NCBI GenBank assembly: GCA_035544015.1 | Contig: DATKIP010000076.1 | Coordinates: forward strand, 256,299 to 320,298 | From: Candidatus Saccharimonadia bacterium | GTDB lineage: Bacteria > Patescibacteriota > Saccharimonadia > UBA4664 | DNA length: 64,000 nt | Direction of reading: 5' to 3' | Shown: piece after piece, positions 1 to 9,957 of the stretch | How positions within the stretch are numbered: the stretch's first letter is position 1 | How the letters are laid out: each line of letters begins with the position of its first letter | The notes under the pieces: generated by a model | The model's database searches: none | What the model was told of the DNA's origin: nothing | What the model saw: only the letters and a program-made list of their open reading frames with translations | Translations under genes and position numbers: made by a program

Positions 1-130
1 TTTGCAGCGCTGCGCTGCCGATGCTGTCAGTTTTTTGCGCACCATCATCGGCATGGGTAATCAGCAAGTAATCATTCAATATCGCCGCCCAAGCGTCAAC
101 GTCACCTCCCGGAACGGGTAATCTTGCCAT
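1..130 (-). CDS. N-terminal fragment (runs off window edge) of a fourth tandem beta-helix/pectate-lyase-fold paralog
   Basis: Reverse translation from 130 gives MARLPVPGGDVDAWAAILNDYLLITHADDG..., matching the conserved N-terminus of the three complete paralogs. GGAGG Shine-Dalgarno a few nt upstream of the ATG. Confidence 0.5.
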   Translation of the reverse strand, partial: MARLPVPGGDVDAWAAILNDYLLITHADDGAQKTDSIGSAALQ

Positions 131-184
131 AATCCCTCCACTTTCTTGTACTAACGACTATCGCGCGTTGGTCTTAACTACCCA

Positions 185-2224
185 TTAAGCCGTTACCGTA
201 TAGTCAAAATTGAGGACCAAACCTGGCAGGAGCGCCGATCGCGTCGAAACCGTAAAGGCACTAGCGCTTCGCGCCGATACGTAGAGATCACCCGAAGTTA
301 CCGAGTGATCGTACAAAATGATGGCCAACGGCGCCGCCGCGTACGGCCGCGAAAACGTCACAGTGGCGATTGTGCCAGGCGCAGTCGGCACGGGTCGGAC
401 GGTAGCCGTAATGTTGCCGGCCACGTCTCGCACCTGTACGCGGGGACTGGCGCTGTTGGCTTGATTGCCGGGCGAAACCCGCGGCGGCGTCCCTACCGCC
501 ACCGGCCGGCCGTTCGAGTCAAAAGCCTGGCCTTGGATGTTGTACGTCTCATCTTGAAATTCCAGCAGGCGGTTAAAGGAAGTGCTCGATGGCCTCACGA
601 CAGCAATACCACGGTCGTCACCGGCCGCCGCCCGCACGAGCATGGCTATACCGGTGAAGGGCGTCGCGTTAATTCCCACATAGCCCTTTGTGCCCTCTAT
701 CTGGAACTTTCCGCCGGCAAATCGCGCTGCTCCCGTAGGCCCTACAATCCGCCACTTTTCCGCCGCATAGCTGTCAGAAAACCCAGCCAGGTCAAGCCCA
801 TTTACCGCATTTAGAGCTGGCCGCGTGCCAGTATTGTCGAGCTTTAGCAGGTCCTTGTGAATAACATTAGAAGTAATCTTAAACACACCCGATGCATCAA
901 GTGGCAAAGTCAGCCCTCGGCTCGCACTTGAGATCGTCACTGAGGACACATCACCAACCGTCGGCTTGCCGCGGTTGATCACCGTACTCGATACAATTAC
1001 ATCTTCGGCTTCAGGCTCTGCAATAACCGCCGCCTCCGTTGGGTCCTCTGCCGGGAAGAACGTATCAAGCTTGTAGTACATATGCGGGCCGCTGCGATAA
1101 ATATGTACCAAAGACCGGGCAATGCTCAGCTCGGCACCCCATTGTATATACACGTCCGTCATAAATACGTGCGAGCCGTGATCCTCGATCGCGTCCAGCG
1201 GTTTTACCAGATCCGGATCCACCGCCATCATGGCGATATAGAGCTGGTTCACAAATACAATTGTGGTCCCCTCCATGATCTGGAAAGCCGGCCCCGCAGC
1301 ATGGCGGCTTTCCATTTTACACGACACCAAAAATATCCCGTTCAACAGATTGGGCGACCCATTAGCTCCGCCGTCGAGCTTTAGAGCGCCATTTCGCCAG
1401 CCTTCCCAGCGGCAGCCCAAAAAATGAATCTGGTTCGTATTATCAACCCCAAAGCCAAATACCCCCGAGGGCATAGTGTTGCGCAAGAGCACGGCCGGGT
1501 CGCTCAGGGAGCCGCACTCCTCCCAGCTGCTGCTGAAAAATCGCGTGTCCCACACCTCCACGAAGTCCATAGAAAGCCCGTCGCAGTTAATGAAGCTCAC
1601 GTCGCGGTACACGAAGTTGTCGGCAAAGATCGATCTCAGCAGCACCCCCGGCTGGTAGTTGCCGCTCAAGGTAATGCTCAGAAGCGAACCGTACTTAATG
1701 TGGCCGTCAAGCGTCGCGGTGCCACTAAACTCAATCAGTGGGTCGGCGCCGCTATGCCGCACGAGTCGTGTACCCCAGCGCGCTTCGCCGGTGATGGTGA
1801 TGCCGTTCTTCTTAACTTTGAGCCCGCGCACAAGATAGGTACCGCGGGGAATATGCACCACACCGCCATTGGCCGCGTAGTTAATAGCAGCCTGTATCGC
1901 AGCGGTATCATCAGCGACACCATCTCCTTTCGCGCCAAAGCTAAGCACGTTGATCTGCAGTCTATCGAGCGGCACCTTCGTCGTATCGCGCAAAACCTCG
2001 CCAACCTTCCGCCAGACGAGTCGCGTATTGTCGTTGGTGAGCACGAGATTTGTGAGCATTTGATCTGCCGGATTTTTAACGTCGAGATCATGAAGCTCTA
2101 CCGAATGAGCCGGAATACTTTCTACGCGCTGCGATCCGTCCGGATTGTGCGATACCAGCAAGTATTCATTTAACACTCCCGCCCAGGCATCAACATCGCC
2201 TCCGGGTATCGGTAATCTGGCCAT
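185..2224 (-). CDS. Right-handed beta-helix protein (pectate-lyase-3 / tailspike-like fold), paralog 1 of the tandem array
   Basis: ORF 185..2260 trimmed to the Met at MARLPIPGGD (AAGGAG upstream). Signature NVLSFGAKGDGVADDTAAIQAAINYA...GGVVHIPRGTY typical of the PF12708-type beta-helix. C-terminal ~60 aa shared with the paralogs. Confidence 0.7.
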   Translation of the reverse strand: MARLPIPGGDVDAWAGVLNEYLLVSHNPDGSQRVESIPAHSVELHDLDVKNPADQMLTNLVLTNDNTRLVWRKVGEVLRDTTKVPLDRLQINVLSFGAKGDGVADDTAAIQAAINYAANGGVVHIPRGTYLVRGLKVKKNGITITGEARWGTRLVRHSGADPLIEFSGTATLDGHIKYGSLLSITLSGNYQPGVLLRSIFADNFVYRDVSFINCDGLSMDFVEVWDTRFFSSSWEECGSLSDPAVLLRNTMPSGVFGFGVDNTNQIHFLGCRWEGWRNGALKLDGGANGSPNLLNGIFLVSCKMESRHAAGPAFQIMEGTTIVFVNQLYIAMMAVDPDLVKPLDAIEDHGSHVFMTDVYIQWGAELSIARSLVHIYRSGPHMYYKLDTFFPAEDPTEAAVIAEPEAEDVIVSSTVINRGKPTVGDVSSVTISSASRGLTLPLDASGVFKITSNVIHKDLLKLDNTGTRPALNAVNGLDLAGFSDSYAAEKWRIVGPTGAARFAGGKFQIEGTKGYVGINATPFTGIAMLVRAAAGDDRGIAVVRPSSTSFNRLLEFQDETYNIQGQAFDSNGRPVAVGTPPRVSPGNQANSASPRVQVRDVAGNITATVRPVPTAPGTIATVTFSRPYAAAPLAIILYDHSVTSGDLYVSARSASAFTVSTRSALLPGLVLNFDYTVTA

Positions 2225-2304
2225 AGTAATGAAATCTCCTTTTGGCTTCATTAATACCAAAGAAGAATGAACTGTTTATTAATTAAGTACCGGTTTCAAT
2301 ATGG

Positions 2305-4317
2305 TTAGGCAACCACGAGATATTCAAAATTGAGCAACGATCCGCCCGCCAGCGCGTTGCGCGTGGACACCGTAAATCCGGCGGTGCTGCGCGCCGACAC
2401 GTACAGATTGGCGGCTACGGCCGAGTGGTCGGTGAGCATAATCGTCAGCGGTGCCACGGCGTACGGCCTCGAAAACGTCACCGTGGCAATGGCGCCGGGC
2501 GCGGTGGGGGAGGGGCGCACCGCGGCCACGATATTGCCCGCCACATCGCGCACCTGCACCCCCGGGTTAGCGTAGCTCACCTGCGCGCCGGGCGTCACGT
2601 GCGGGGGCGTGCCTACCACCACGGGCCGGCCGTTAGAATCAATCGACAAGCCTTGAATAGCGAAGGCCTCGTCCTGAAACTCCAGCAACCGGTTGGTGGC
2701 CGTGCTCGTAGGCCGCACGATGGCCAGACCCCGGTCGCCCTCGACCGCCGCCTTGATGAGCATGGCAATCCCCGTAAACGGCGTAGCATTAATGCCCACG
2801 TAACCTTTGGTGGCCTCAATCTGGAACTTCCCTCCCGCGAACCGCGCCGCGCCCGTAGCCCCGATAATCCGCCATTTTTCAGTCGTGAAGGCATCGGAGT
2901 AGCCCACCACATCCACCGCATTCACTGCTTGCAGCGCCGGCCGGGTGGGGTTATCGTCGATTTTTACCAGGGTATTGCCCGTAGTTTGATCCGTCACCCG
3001 AAACGAGCCCGGATACAGCAGTGGAACGTTAAGGCCGGTCATCGGGCTGCTGCCGAGTACTTGGCTAAAGTTGCCCAGCCCATCGGTGCTGCTATCCGTA
3101 TTTGACCACAGCGTGGTGACCGTCACGTCTACCACCCCGGGCTCCACCCAAATGGTGGCATGCGAAGGAACGCCAGTGGTGTAAAACGTCGTGATTTCCT
3201 GATACATATGGGGAGCGTTGCCGATAATATGTGCCACCGAGCTGGCGATGCCCGGTACATCTCCCCAGTGCACAAACACGTCCGACATAAAGATATGCGA
3301 AGCGTTATCCAGTATCACATCGATGGGCGTGGAGTAGCCTGCGTCAAAGCCGGTAACGGCCACATACAATTGGTTCACAAAGATAACCGTGGAATTTTCC
3401 AGCGCCTGAATGAACGGCCCGGCGGCCACGAGCGTTTCCATTTTGCACGAGACGAAGAAAATACCATTGAGCAATTCCGTGGAGCCACCAAAGGTTCCGT
3501 CCAGCCGGACCGCACCGTTGCGAAAACCCTCCCAGCGGCAGCAAGTGAAGTAGATCTGGTTGGTGTTATCGTCGCTGAAGCCAAACGTACCGGGCTCCGT
3601 GCTATTGCGCAGCAGCGTGCAGGCCTCGGTAGCCGAGCCACAATCTTCCCACGCACACTCGATAAACCGCGTATCCCAGACCTCCACAAAATCGATAGCC
3701 GCTCCCACGCAATGAATGAAATTTATCTGCCCATACAAGCAGGTGTCGGCATAATACGACCGCAGCAATGGCCCGGACATGAAGTTGCCGCTAAGCATGA
3801 TGTTGTTGATGGAGGCGTAGCGGATGTGGCCGATTTTGGTGCCCGATCCGCTAATGGTAATGAGCGGAGCGTTGCCGCTCTTGCGCACAATCCGCGTCGC
3901 CCAGCGGCCATCGCCCAAGATGTTGGTGCCTTTATTGCGCAGGACGAGGCCGGTGACCATATAGACGCCCCGGGGCAAAAAGATGGTGCCGCCGTTGACG
4001 GCCGCATCGATGGCCGATTGGATGGCCGCCGTGTCGTCGGTGGCGCCGTCGCCCTTGGCGCCGTAATTGCTCACATCCAACACCGTATCGGCCCGCCACT
4101 TCAGATTGACTCCGTCGTTCGATAGCACAAAATTGCCGATAGCTTGCCCGGCGGGGTTGATCGTTTTCAGATCCCCCAGCCCCACTGTCGCCGCCGCCAA
4201 CGTGCTCACCGCCTCCGCCCGCGGCGTCCCATCCGGATTGTGCGCCACCAACAAAAAATCATTTAATACTTTAGCCCAAACGTCGTGATCGCCGCCTGGC
4301 TTGGGAAGCCGTGCCAT
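2305..4317 (-). CDS. Right-handed beta-helix protein (pectate-lyase-3 / tailspike-like fold), paralog 2
   Basis: 670 aa ORF with AGGAG SD. Same conserved N-terminus MARLPKPGGDHDVWAKVLNDFLLVAHNPDGT, beta-helix motif NYGAKGDGATDDTAAIQSAIDAA, conserved C-terminal module. Estimated >80% identical to paralog 3. Confidence 0.75.
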   Translation of the reverse strand: MARLPKPGGDHDVWAKVLNDFLLVAHNPDGTPRAEAVSTLAAATVGLGDLKTINPAGQAIGNFVLSNDGVNLKWRADTVLDVSNYGAKGDGATDDTAAIQSAIDAAVNGGTIFLPRGVYMVTGLVLRNKGTNILGDGRWATRIVRKSGNAPLITISGSGTKIGHIRYASINNIMLSGNFMSGPLLRSYYADTCLYGQINFIHCVGAAIDFVEVWDTRFIECAWEDCGSATEACTLLRNSTEPGTFGFSDDNTNQIYFTCCRWEGFRNGAVRLDGTFGGSTELLNGIFFVSCKMETLVAAGPFIQALENSTVIFVNQLYVAVTGFDAGYSTPIDVILDNASHIFMSDVFVHWGDVPGIASSVAHIIGNAPHMYQEITTFYTTGVPSHATIWVEPGVVDVTVTTLWSNTDSSTDGLGNFSQVLGSSPMTGLNVPLLYPGSFRVTDQTTGNTLVKIDDNPTRPALQAVNAVDVVGYSDAFTTEKWRIIGATGAARFAGGKFQIEATKGYVGINATPFTGIAMLIKAAVEGDRGLAIVRPTSTATNRLLEFQDEAFAIQGLSIDSNGRPVVVGTPPHVTPGAQVSYANPGVQVRDVAGNIVAAVRPSPTAPGAIATVTFSRPYAVAPLTIMLTDHSAVAANLYVSARSTAGFTVSTRNALAGGSLLNFEYLVVA

Positions 4318-4337
4318 ATCTATACTCCTATTATTAA

Positions 4338-6350
4338 TTAAGCTGCTACGGTGTAGTCAAAGTTCAGAATCGAGCCTCCGGGTAGGGGTGAGCGTGTCGA
4401 TACTACAAAGCTGCTGCCGCTGCGGGCCGAAACGTACAAGTCCGCGGCAATGGCCGAGTGGTCGTTGATGGCGATAGAGAGCGGAGCAGCGGCGTAAGGC
4501 TTGGAAAAGGTAATCCGCACAATGGTGCCTGGTGCCGTGGGGCTCGGCTTCACGGCCGCCGTGATGTTGCCGGCAATGTCGCGCACCTGATCGCGCGGGT
4601 TGGCGTAGCTCACTTGAGCACCGGCCGTCACCGTCGCCGGAGTGCCCACAGCCACCGGGCGGCCACTGAAGTCGAAGGCCTGCCCCTGGAGCGTGTTGGT
4701 TTCATCCTGAAACTCCAAGAGCCTACCGACCGCCGCACTGGTGGGCCGCACAATCGCCAGCCCCCGGTCGCCGGCCGCCGCGGCTTTCACGAGCATGGCA
4801 ATCCCCGTAAACGGCATAGCATTGATCCCCACATAGCCTTTGGTAGGCTCAATCTGAAACTTCCCGCCCGCAAACCGCGCCCCGCCCGTGGCACCGATAA
4901 TCCGCCATTTTTCGGTGGTGAAGGTGTCGGAGTAGCCGATCAAGTCCACGCCGTTCCCCGCCTGCAGCGCCGGCCGGGTAGTATTCGCATTAACTTTTAT
5001 CAGTGCGCGGTCTGTGACCTGGTCGGTAATCTGAAAGGCGCCCGGATACTCCAGCGGCACGTTCAGGCCGGTCATCGGGCTGCTGCCCACCACTTGGCTG
5101 AAGTCGCCCAAGCCGTCGGTGCTAGTAGGCGCATTCGACCACAGCCTCGTAATCGTCACATCGGAGGCGGCCGTCTCGGTCCAGATTGTAGCGTGCGAAG
5201 GAACGCCGGTGGTATAGAAGGTGGTGACGCTCTGATACATATGCGGCGAGTTGCTCATAATGTGTGCCACCGAGCTCGCGATACCCGGCACATCCCCCCA
5301 GTGCACAAAGATATTCGACATAAAGATATGCGAAGCGTTGTCCTGGATCACGTCAATGGGCGTGGAGTAGCCCGCATCAAAGCCGGTGACAGCCACATAG
5401 AGCTGGTTTACGAATACCACCGTCGTATTATCGGTCGTCTGAATGAAGGGCCCAGCCGCCACAATCGACTCCATCTTGCACGACACAATGAAGACTCCGT
5501 TGAGCATCTCCGTGGAACCGCCAAAGGTCCCGTCCATCCGAATCGCGCCGTTGCGAAAACCCTCCCAGCGGCAAGAGCTAAAGTAAATTTGGTTAGTATT
5601 ATCCCTGCTGAAGCCAAAATTTCCCGGAGCCGTGCTATTGCGCAGTAAGACACAGGCCTCAGTCGCCGAACCGCAGTCTTCCCAGGCGCACTCCAGGAAG
5701 CGCGTATCCCAGACCTCCACAAAGTCGATAGCCCGGCCGACCGTGTGAATGAAATTTATCTGCCCAAATAAACACGTATCAGCATAATACGACTGCACCA
5801 ATGTGCCGGGCATAAAGTTGCCGCTGAGCATGATGTTGTTGATGGACGCATATCGCAAATGCCCAATCTTGCTGCCCGACCCGTTCATCGTAATCAGCGG
5901 AGCGTTGCCGCTGAGCCGCACAATCCGCGTCGCCCAACGGCCGTCGCCGAGGATATTGGTGCCTTTGTTACGCAGGACGAGGCCGGTGACCATATAGACC
6001 CCGCGTGGCAAAAACACCGTGCCGCCGTTGATAGCTGCGTCGATGGCCGATTGGATAGCGGCCGTGTCGTCGTGGATGCCGTCGCCGACGGCGCCATAGT
6101 TCGTCACATCCAGCACCGTCGCGGCCTTCCACTTCAGGTTGATCCCGTCATTCGACAGCACAAAGTTCCCGATCGCCTGTCCCGCCGGATTGCTTGTTTT
6201 CAGATCCGCCAACCCCACCGTAGCCGCGGCCAGCGTGCTCACTGCCTCCGTGCGCGGTGTGCCGTCCGGATTGTGCGCCACCAAGAGAAAATCGTTTAAT
6301 ACTTTGGCCCAAACATCGTGATCGCCGCCTGGCTTGGGAAGCCGTGCCAT
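4338..6350 (-). CDS. Right-handed beta-helix protein (pectate-lyase-3 / tailspike-like fold), paralog 3
   Basis: 670 aa ORF with AGGAG SD, near-duplicate of 2305..4317. Follows the Wzx gene by 3 nt. Confidence 0.75.
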   Translation of the reverse strand: MARLPKPGGDHDVWAKVLNDFLLVAHNPDGTPRTEAVSTLAAATVGLADLKTSNPAGQAIGNFVLSNDGINLKWKAATVLDVTNYGAVGDGIHDDTAAIQSAIDAAINGGTVFLPRGVYMVTGLVLRNKGTNILGDGRWATRIVRLSGNAPLITMNGSGSKIGHLRYASINNIMLSGNFMPGTLVQSYYADTCLFGQINFIHTVGRAIDFVEVWDTRFLECAWEDCGSATEACVLLRNSTAPGNFGFSRDNTNQIYFSSCRWEGFRNGAIRMDGTFGGSTEMLNGVFIVSCKMESIVAAGPFIQTTDNTTVVFVNQLYVAVTGFDAGYSTPIDVIQDNASHIFMSNIFVHWGDVPGIASSVAHIMSNSPHMYQSVTTFYTTGVPSHATIWTETAASDVTITRLWSNAPTSTDGLGDFSQVVGSSPMTGLNVPLEYPGAFQITDQVTDRALIKVNANTTRPALQAGNGVDLIGYSDTFTTEKWRIIGATGGARFAGGKFQIEPTKGYVGINAMPFTGIAMLVKAAAAGDRGLAIVRPTSAAVGRLLEFQDETNTLQGQAFDFSGRPVAVGTPATVTAGAQVSYANPRDQVRDIAGNITAAVKPSPTAPGTIVRITFSKPYAAAPLSIAINDHSAIAADLYVSARSGSSFVVSTRSPLPGGSILNFDYTVAA

Positions 6351-6352
6351 AT

Positions 6353-7633
6353 CTATACTCCTAAGCGTTTATTATTAATTCCCATCAAGCAGAGTCCACC
6401 CACGCCGCACGCCGCCACGTTACCAAGCGCCCAGGCCCAGCCCACCGTCAGGAGTCCCCCGTGGGGCACCCAGAGAAAACTCAAGCCCAAAATCACCCCC
6501 GCGTAGGTCACATTCATCGCTACCACCCCGCGCAGGTTCTTAGTGACCTTGAAGATCGCCCCCAGAGCCGAATACACCGCCACCGGCAGCGCACTGAGGG
6601 CAAAGATTTGCAACAGTGCACCCGCCTGCGCTGCATACGCCCGGCCGAATACCCCCAGCAGCCACCCGCTCAGCGCCGCCACCACGAGCGCCGCCGGCAC
6701 CAGCGTCACGCCGATCATGCGCGCGGCTTTGGTCACATGCGCCCGGATGGCCGTCTCGTCGTGCGAACCTTCCGCAAACACCGACTGCATCGACGCATAG
6801 GCGATGGTGTAGAGCACCCCCGCGATAGTAAAAGCCATGTAGTAGAAGGCCGCCGGCTCCGGACCCAGCTGATGAATAATAATCAGCGGCAAGACGGTCG
6901 GCGGAATCAAATTCAAAACGCTCGAGAAATAAACCGAAACCGAAAATTTCCGTACCACCCGCAGCGCGTCCACATCCAGCCGAGGGGAAAATCGGTAGCC
7001 AAACCGGTGGTACATCCAAGCGACGCTCAAAACCAACCCCAGCAGCTGAGCCAGGCCCGCCAGCACAAAAATCCCCATGGCGCCGCCGTTCACCACTACG
7101 AGGGGTAGCATCACCTTAAACGCGCTAAACGTCGCATTAATCGCAAAAATATATCGAGCTTCTTTGTAAGCCAAAAACACCGCATTGGTCAGCACATTCA
7201 GCGACGTCACGACCGTGAAAAACACAAATCCCACCAGTGCCCAGCCGCTCCCGAGCATCGAAAGCTGGGGCGATATGCGCGGCAACACCAGCGCCAGAGC
7301 TAGGGCCAGCCCGGCGCTCGCGAGGGTCACAATGATAAACCCACTGTTGATGTAGTCATTCTTGTGCTCCGATCGCGGCAAAAAGCGCACAAACGTCGTG
7401 TCAAAGCCCCCCAGCCCCAAAAGCGAAAGCAATCCCGATACCGAAAGCAGCGTCGTTGCCAGCCCCACGGCAGCCGTATCGTGCGTACGAGCCACCACCA
7501 CCCAAAACCCCAGCCCCGCCGCCGCTACCACGAAGGTCGAGAGCATGAGATAGAAAGCATTCACCACTAAGCTGCTGGCACGTAGGGCCTGCAGCCGTAC
7601 CGATATCGGCGTCAGCCAAACCGCCGTCGTCAC
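6353..7633 (-). CDS. Polysaccharide biosynthesis flippase, Wzx-like (MOP superfamily), 12-14 TM
   Basis: 426 aa highly hydrophobic ORF with the multi-TM topology of Wzx/MurJ-type exporters. GTGA overlap with the upstream gene. Sits in a glycosyltransferase operon. Confidence 0.6.
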   Translation of the reverse strand: MTTAVWLTPISVRLQALRASSLVVNAFYLMLSTFVVAAAGLGFWVVVARTHDTAAVGLATTLLSVSGLLSLLGLGGFDTTFVRFLPRSEHKNDYINSGFIIVTLASAGLALALALVLPRISPQLSMLGSGWALVGFVFFTVVTSLNVLTNAVFLAYKEARYIFAINATFSAFKVMLPLVVVNGGAMGIFVLAGLAQLLGLVLSVAWMYHRFGYRFSPRLDVDALRVVRKFSVSVYFSSVLNLIPPTVLPLIIIHQLGPEPAAFYYMAFTIAGVLYTIAYASMQSVFAEGSHDETAIRAHVTKAARMIGVTLVPAALVVAALSGWLLGVFGRAYAAQAGALLQIFALSALPVAVYSALGAIFKVTKNLRGVVAMNVTYAGVILGLSFLWVPHGGLLTVGWAWALGNVAACGVGGLCLMGINNKRLGV

Positions 7634-9957
7634 TGGTACACTCGCGTAGACGAAGTGCTGTAAATTTGGTTTTTAGTCGTATCGTAATAGCCAACCGGGA
7701 AAGTCATTACGAGTGGGCTGCTTTCGTAATACGCATAAAACTTCTGTGACACAATCTGGGCGTAATCCAGATAGACGTAGCTCTTAGGCTTAAGCTGGGA
7801 TGGCAAAATGCCCGTGTGGCCAAAAGGATATTCCGGATCGTGCATAACCGCGCGGTTGAAGTTTGCGGCTCGCACGTCACCCCCCTTCGGGACGTGTGTC
7901 TTGAGCCACACAAATGACTCATAATCCGCCGCCGATGAGTAATACAAGCCAAAATACAGACCCCGATTATTCAGGCTCAGTGACGGACTCGTTCCCCCCA
8001 GCATCTGGGCAAACATGCCCGTAAAAAGAAAAAACAAGCCCACCACCCCTATCGTGGCAATGCTCGTGCGCATCCAGGCACGAAGCGGTCTGTGTAGCTG
8101 AGCCAGCAGGAGCGTGATCGGTAAGACCAGAAAAATAAGCGCCTGCTGAAATGCCCGCAAAACCCCATAATTCACTGATAAAACCGGCAATACCACCATG
8201 AGGGCCAGCAGCACAATACCGGCCATACTCAGGCAAATAAAATCAATCGTAAGTGTGTCGGGCCGTTTCCGAAAGAGCGTATCAATGCCCAGCGCATCCG
8301 GCCGCTTCCGTAGCAAGACATACACCGCGTAGAGCACACCGGCCAAAGCCAGCAGCTGCAGAAATTTGGCAAAATTCTGGCGCAGCGTAGTAATGATCGA
8401 CGGATTCAGGCCCATCGATTGAGCTTTTTTGCCTAGCCACGTCAGCGGCAGGTCGTCGCTCGTAAGCAAAGGCATGGGCTCCGCCGGACCCGCCTCATGT
8501 GCAGCCGCACCACCCTGGGAAGTCTTGATGTAGGTTTGGTACAAATCCACCACCGACTTGCTGCCCGAAAAAACCAGCGCCACGGAGGTATCCGAAGATT
8601 TATTGTCTTCCGTCATCAACTTAGGAATGTTGGCGATCGAACTGCGAATCGTCGTCAGAAGCCCATTCGAGGTAGCGGTAATTTGCGTATACCAGATAAA
8701 CGTCATCAGCAATATCAGCCCCGCGTATAGCGGCGATACCACGCTGCGGGGAGTGCGGTACTGCGGCGACCGGCGCTTCTGCCACCACCCGACCACGTAC
8801 TTGCACACCACCGCCCCCGCAAACAACGCCACAAACATGTAGGCCGTCGAGTAGTGCGACAGCACCGCTCCCAGGGCGCACAGCAAAAACAGCCGCCGAT
8901 ATCTTTTCTTCTGAGTTTTATTCGATATCACGAGCAACGCCAGCGCAAAAAAGAGGTAGGCCACGCCCTGGCGAGTCAACATGGCCGAATCATTCACAAA
9001 CGTGGGGTAGGAAATAAACAGCATGCATCCCGCCAGGGCGCCGAGACGCGACACATATTGCCGCAGCAGCACATACAACACTGCCGGGCAGGCCGCGAAG
9101 ACAATTTGCAAAATAAGCTTAAATACCAACAGGCCCGATACGCCGAGCAGCTTCGCAAACATCTCCGGCAAGATAGTGATGCTCAAGCAAGCGTTGTAGG
9201 GATCGCGGTTGAGGCCAATGTCCCACCGTCCGTTCAGGTGAGCCAGCGTGTATACCCGAAACTCACGCTCAATATCGTGCCCCAAAATATCCCACCCGCG
9301 AAGCGAAGTCATGAGCAATATGCTTAGACCCATCACGAAAATAAACCATGCCAGCAGCCCATCGGGCAGACGTCGCCGCAATACAAACGCATAAACGATC
9401 AAAATGGCCGCGTAGCCCAACGTGGCCTGCGCTACGAGCGCGTCGCCGCCATTATTGAGCCGAATGGCGCCCAAAGCCGCCAGACCCGGAAGCAGCAGCG
9501 TGAGGAACCCAAACATCCATGCCAGGTTCGATACCCCCGCCAGCGACCATCGTCGCAGCTTGGCCGGCTGCGGGTTGGTGAAAACACCCGCCACAATAAT
9601 CGCGGCCGTTACCAGCGTCCAGATGATAGCAATGCCCGGGAGTTCGAGCGGCCGGCTGATGCCGACCATCATCAGGGCTTGGTTCGTCACCAATCCACTC
9701 ACCATCAACACGAGCACGCTGAGGCCAAAACTATACAGCACGCCGGCCGAGATCGTTTTGAGCGTAATGCGCAACGCTCGCAGCAATGCCACCCCCGGCA
9801 GAAATACCAAACTCACAAACAGCCCGACCCGAAGCGGCCACCATCCCGCGCTATCAACGAGCCAAATCAGCACATCCGTAACCAACAGCCAGCCCAAAAG
9901 CTCGGCCGCGGTCTTGTTGGTACTAATCTCCCAGAATTTCTTCATAGAGATCTTCAT
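7630..9957 (-). CDS. Large polytopic membrane protein, candidate GT-C-fold glycosyltransferase or Wzy-like polymerase
   Basis: 775 aa, more than 12 predicted TM helices plus a hydrophilic C-terminal domain. Operon context between glycosyltransferases and the flippase. No specific motif recognised. Confidence 0.4.
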   Translation of the reverse strand: MKISMKKFWEISTNKTAAELLGWLLVTDVLIWLVDSAGWWPLRVGLFVSLVFLPGVALLRALRITLKTISAGVLYSFGLSVLVLMVSGLVTNQALMMVGISRPLELPGIAIIWTLVTAAIIVAGVFTNPQPAKLRRWSLAGVSNLAWMFGFLTLLLPGLAALGAIRLNNGGDALVAQATLGYAAILIVYAFVLRRRLPDGLLAWFIFVMGLSILLMTSLRGWDILGHDIEREFRVYTLAHLNGRWDIGLNRDPYNACLSITILPEMFAKLLGVSGLLVFKLILQIVFAACPAVLYVLLRQYVSRLGALAGCMLFISYPTFVNDSAMLTRQGVAYLFFALALLVISNKTQKKRYRRLFLLCALGAVLSHYSTAYMFVALFAGAVVCKYVVGWWQKRRSPQYRTPRSVVSPLYAGLILLMTFIWYTQITATSNGLLTTIRSSIANIPKLMTEDNKSSDTSVALVFSGSKSVVDLYQTYIKTSQGGAAAHEAGPAEPMPLLTSDDLPLTWLGKKAQSMGLNPSIITTLRQNFAKFLQLLALAGVLYAVYVLLRKRPDALGIDTLFRKRPDTLTIDFICLSMAGIVLLALMVVLPVLSVNYGVLRAFQQALIFLVLPITLLLAQLHRPLRAWMRTSIATIGVVGLFFLFTGMFAQMLGGTSPSLSLNNRGLYFGLYYSSAADYESFVWLKTHVPKGGDVRAANFNRAVMHDPEYPFGHTGILPSQLKPKSYVYLDYAQIVSQKFYAYYESSPLVMTFPVGYYDTTKNQIYSTSSTRVYQ

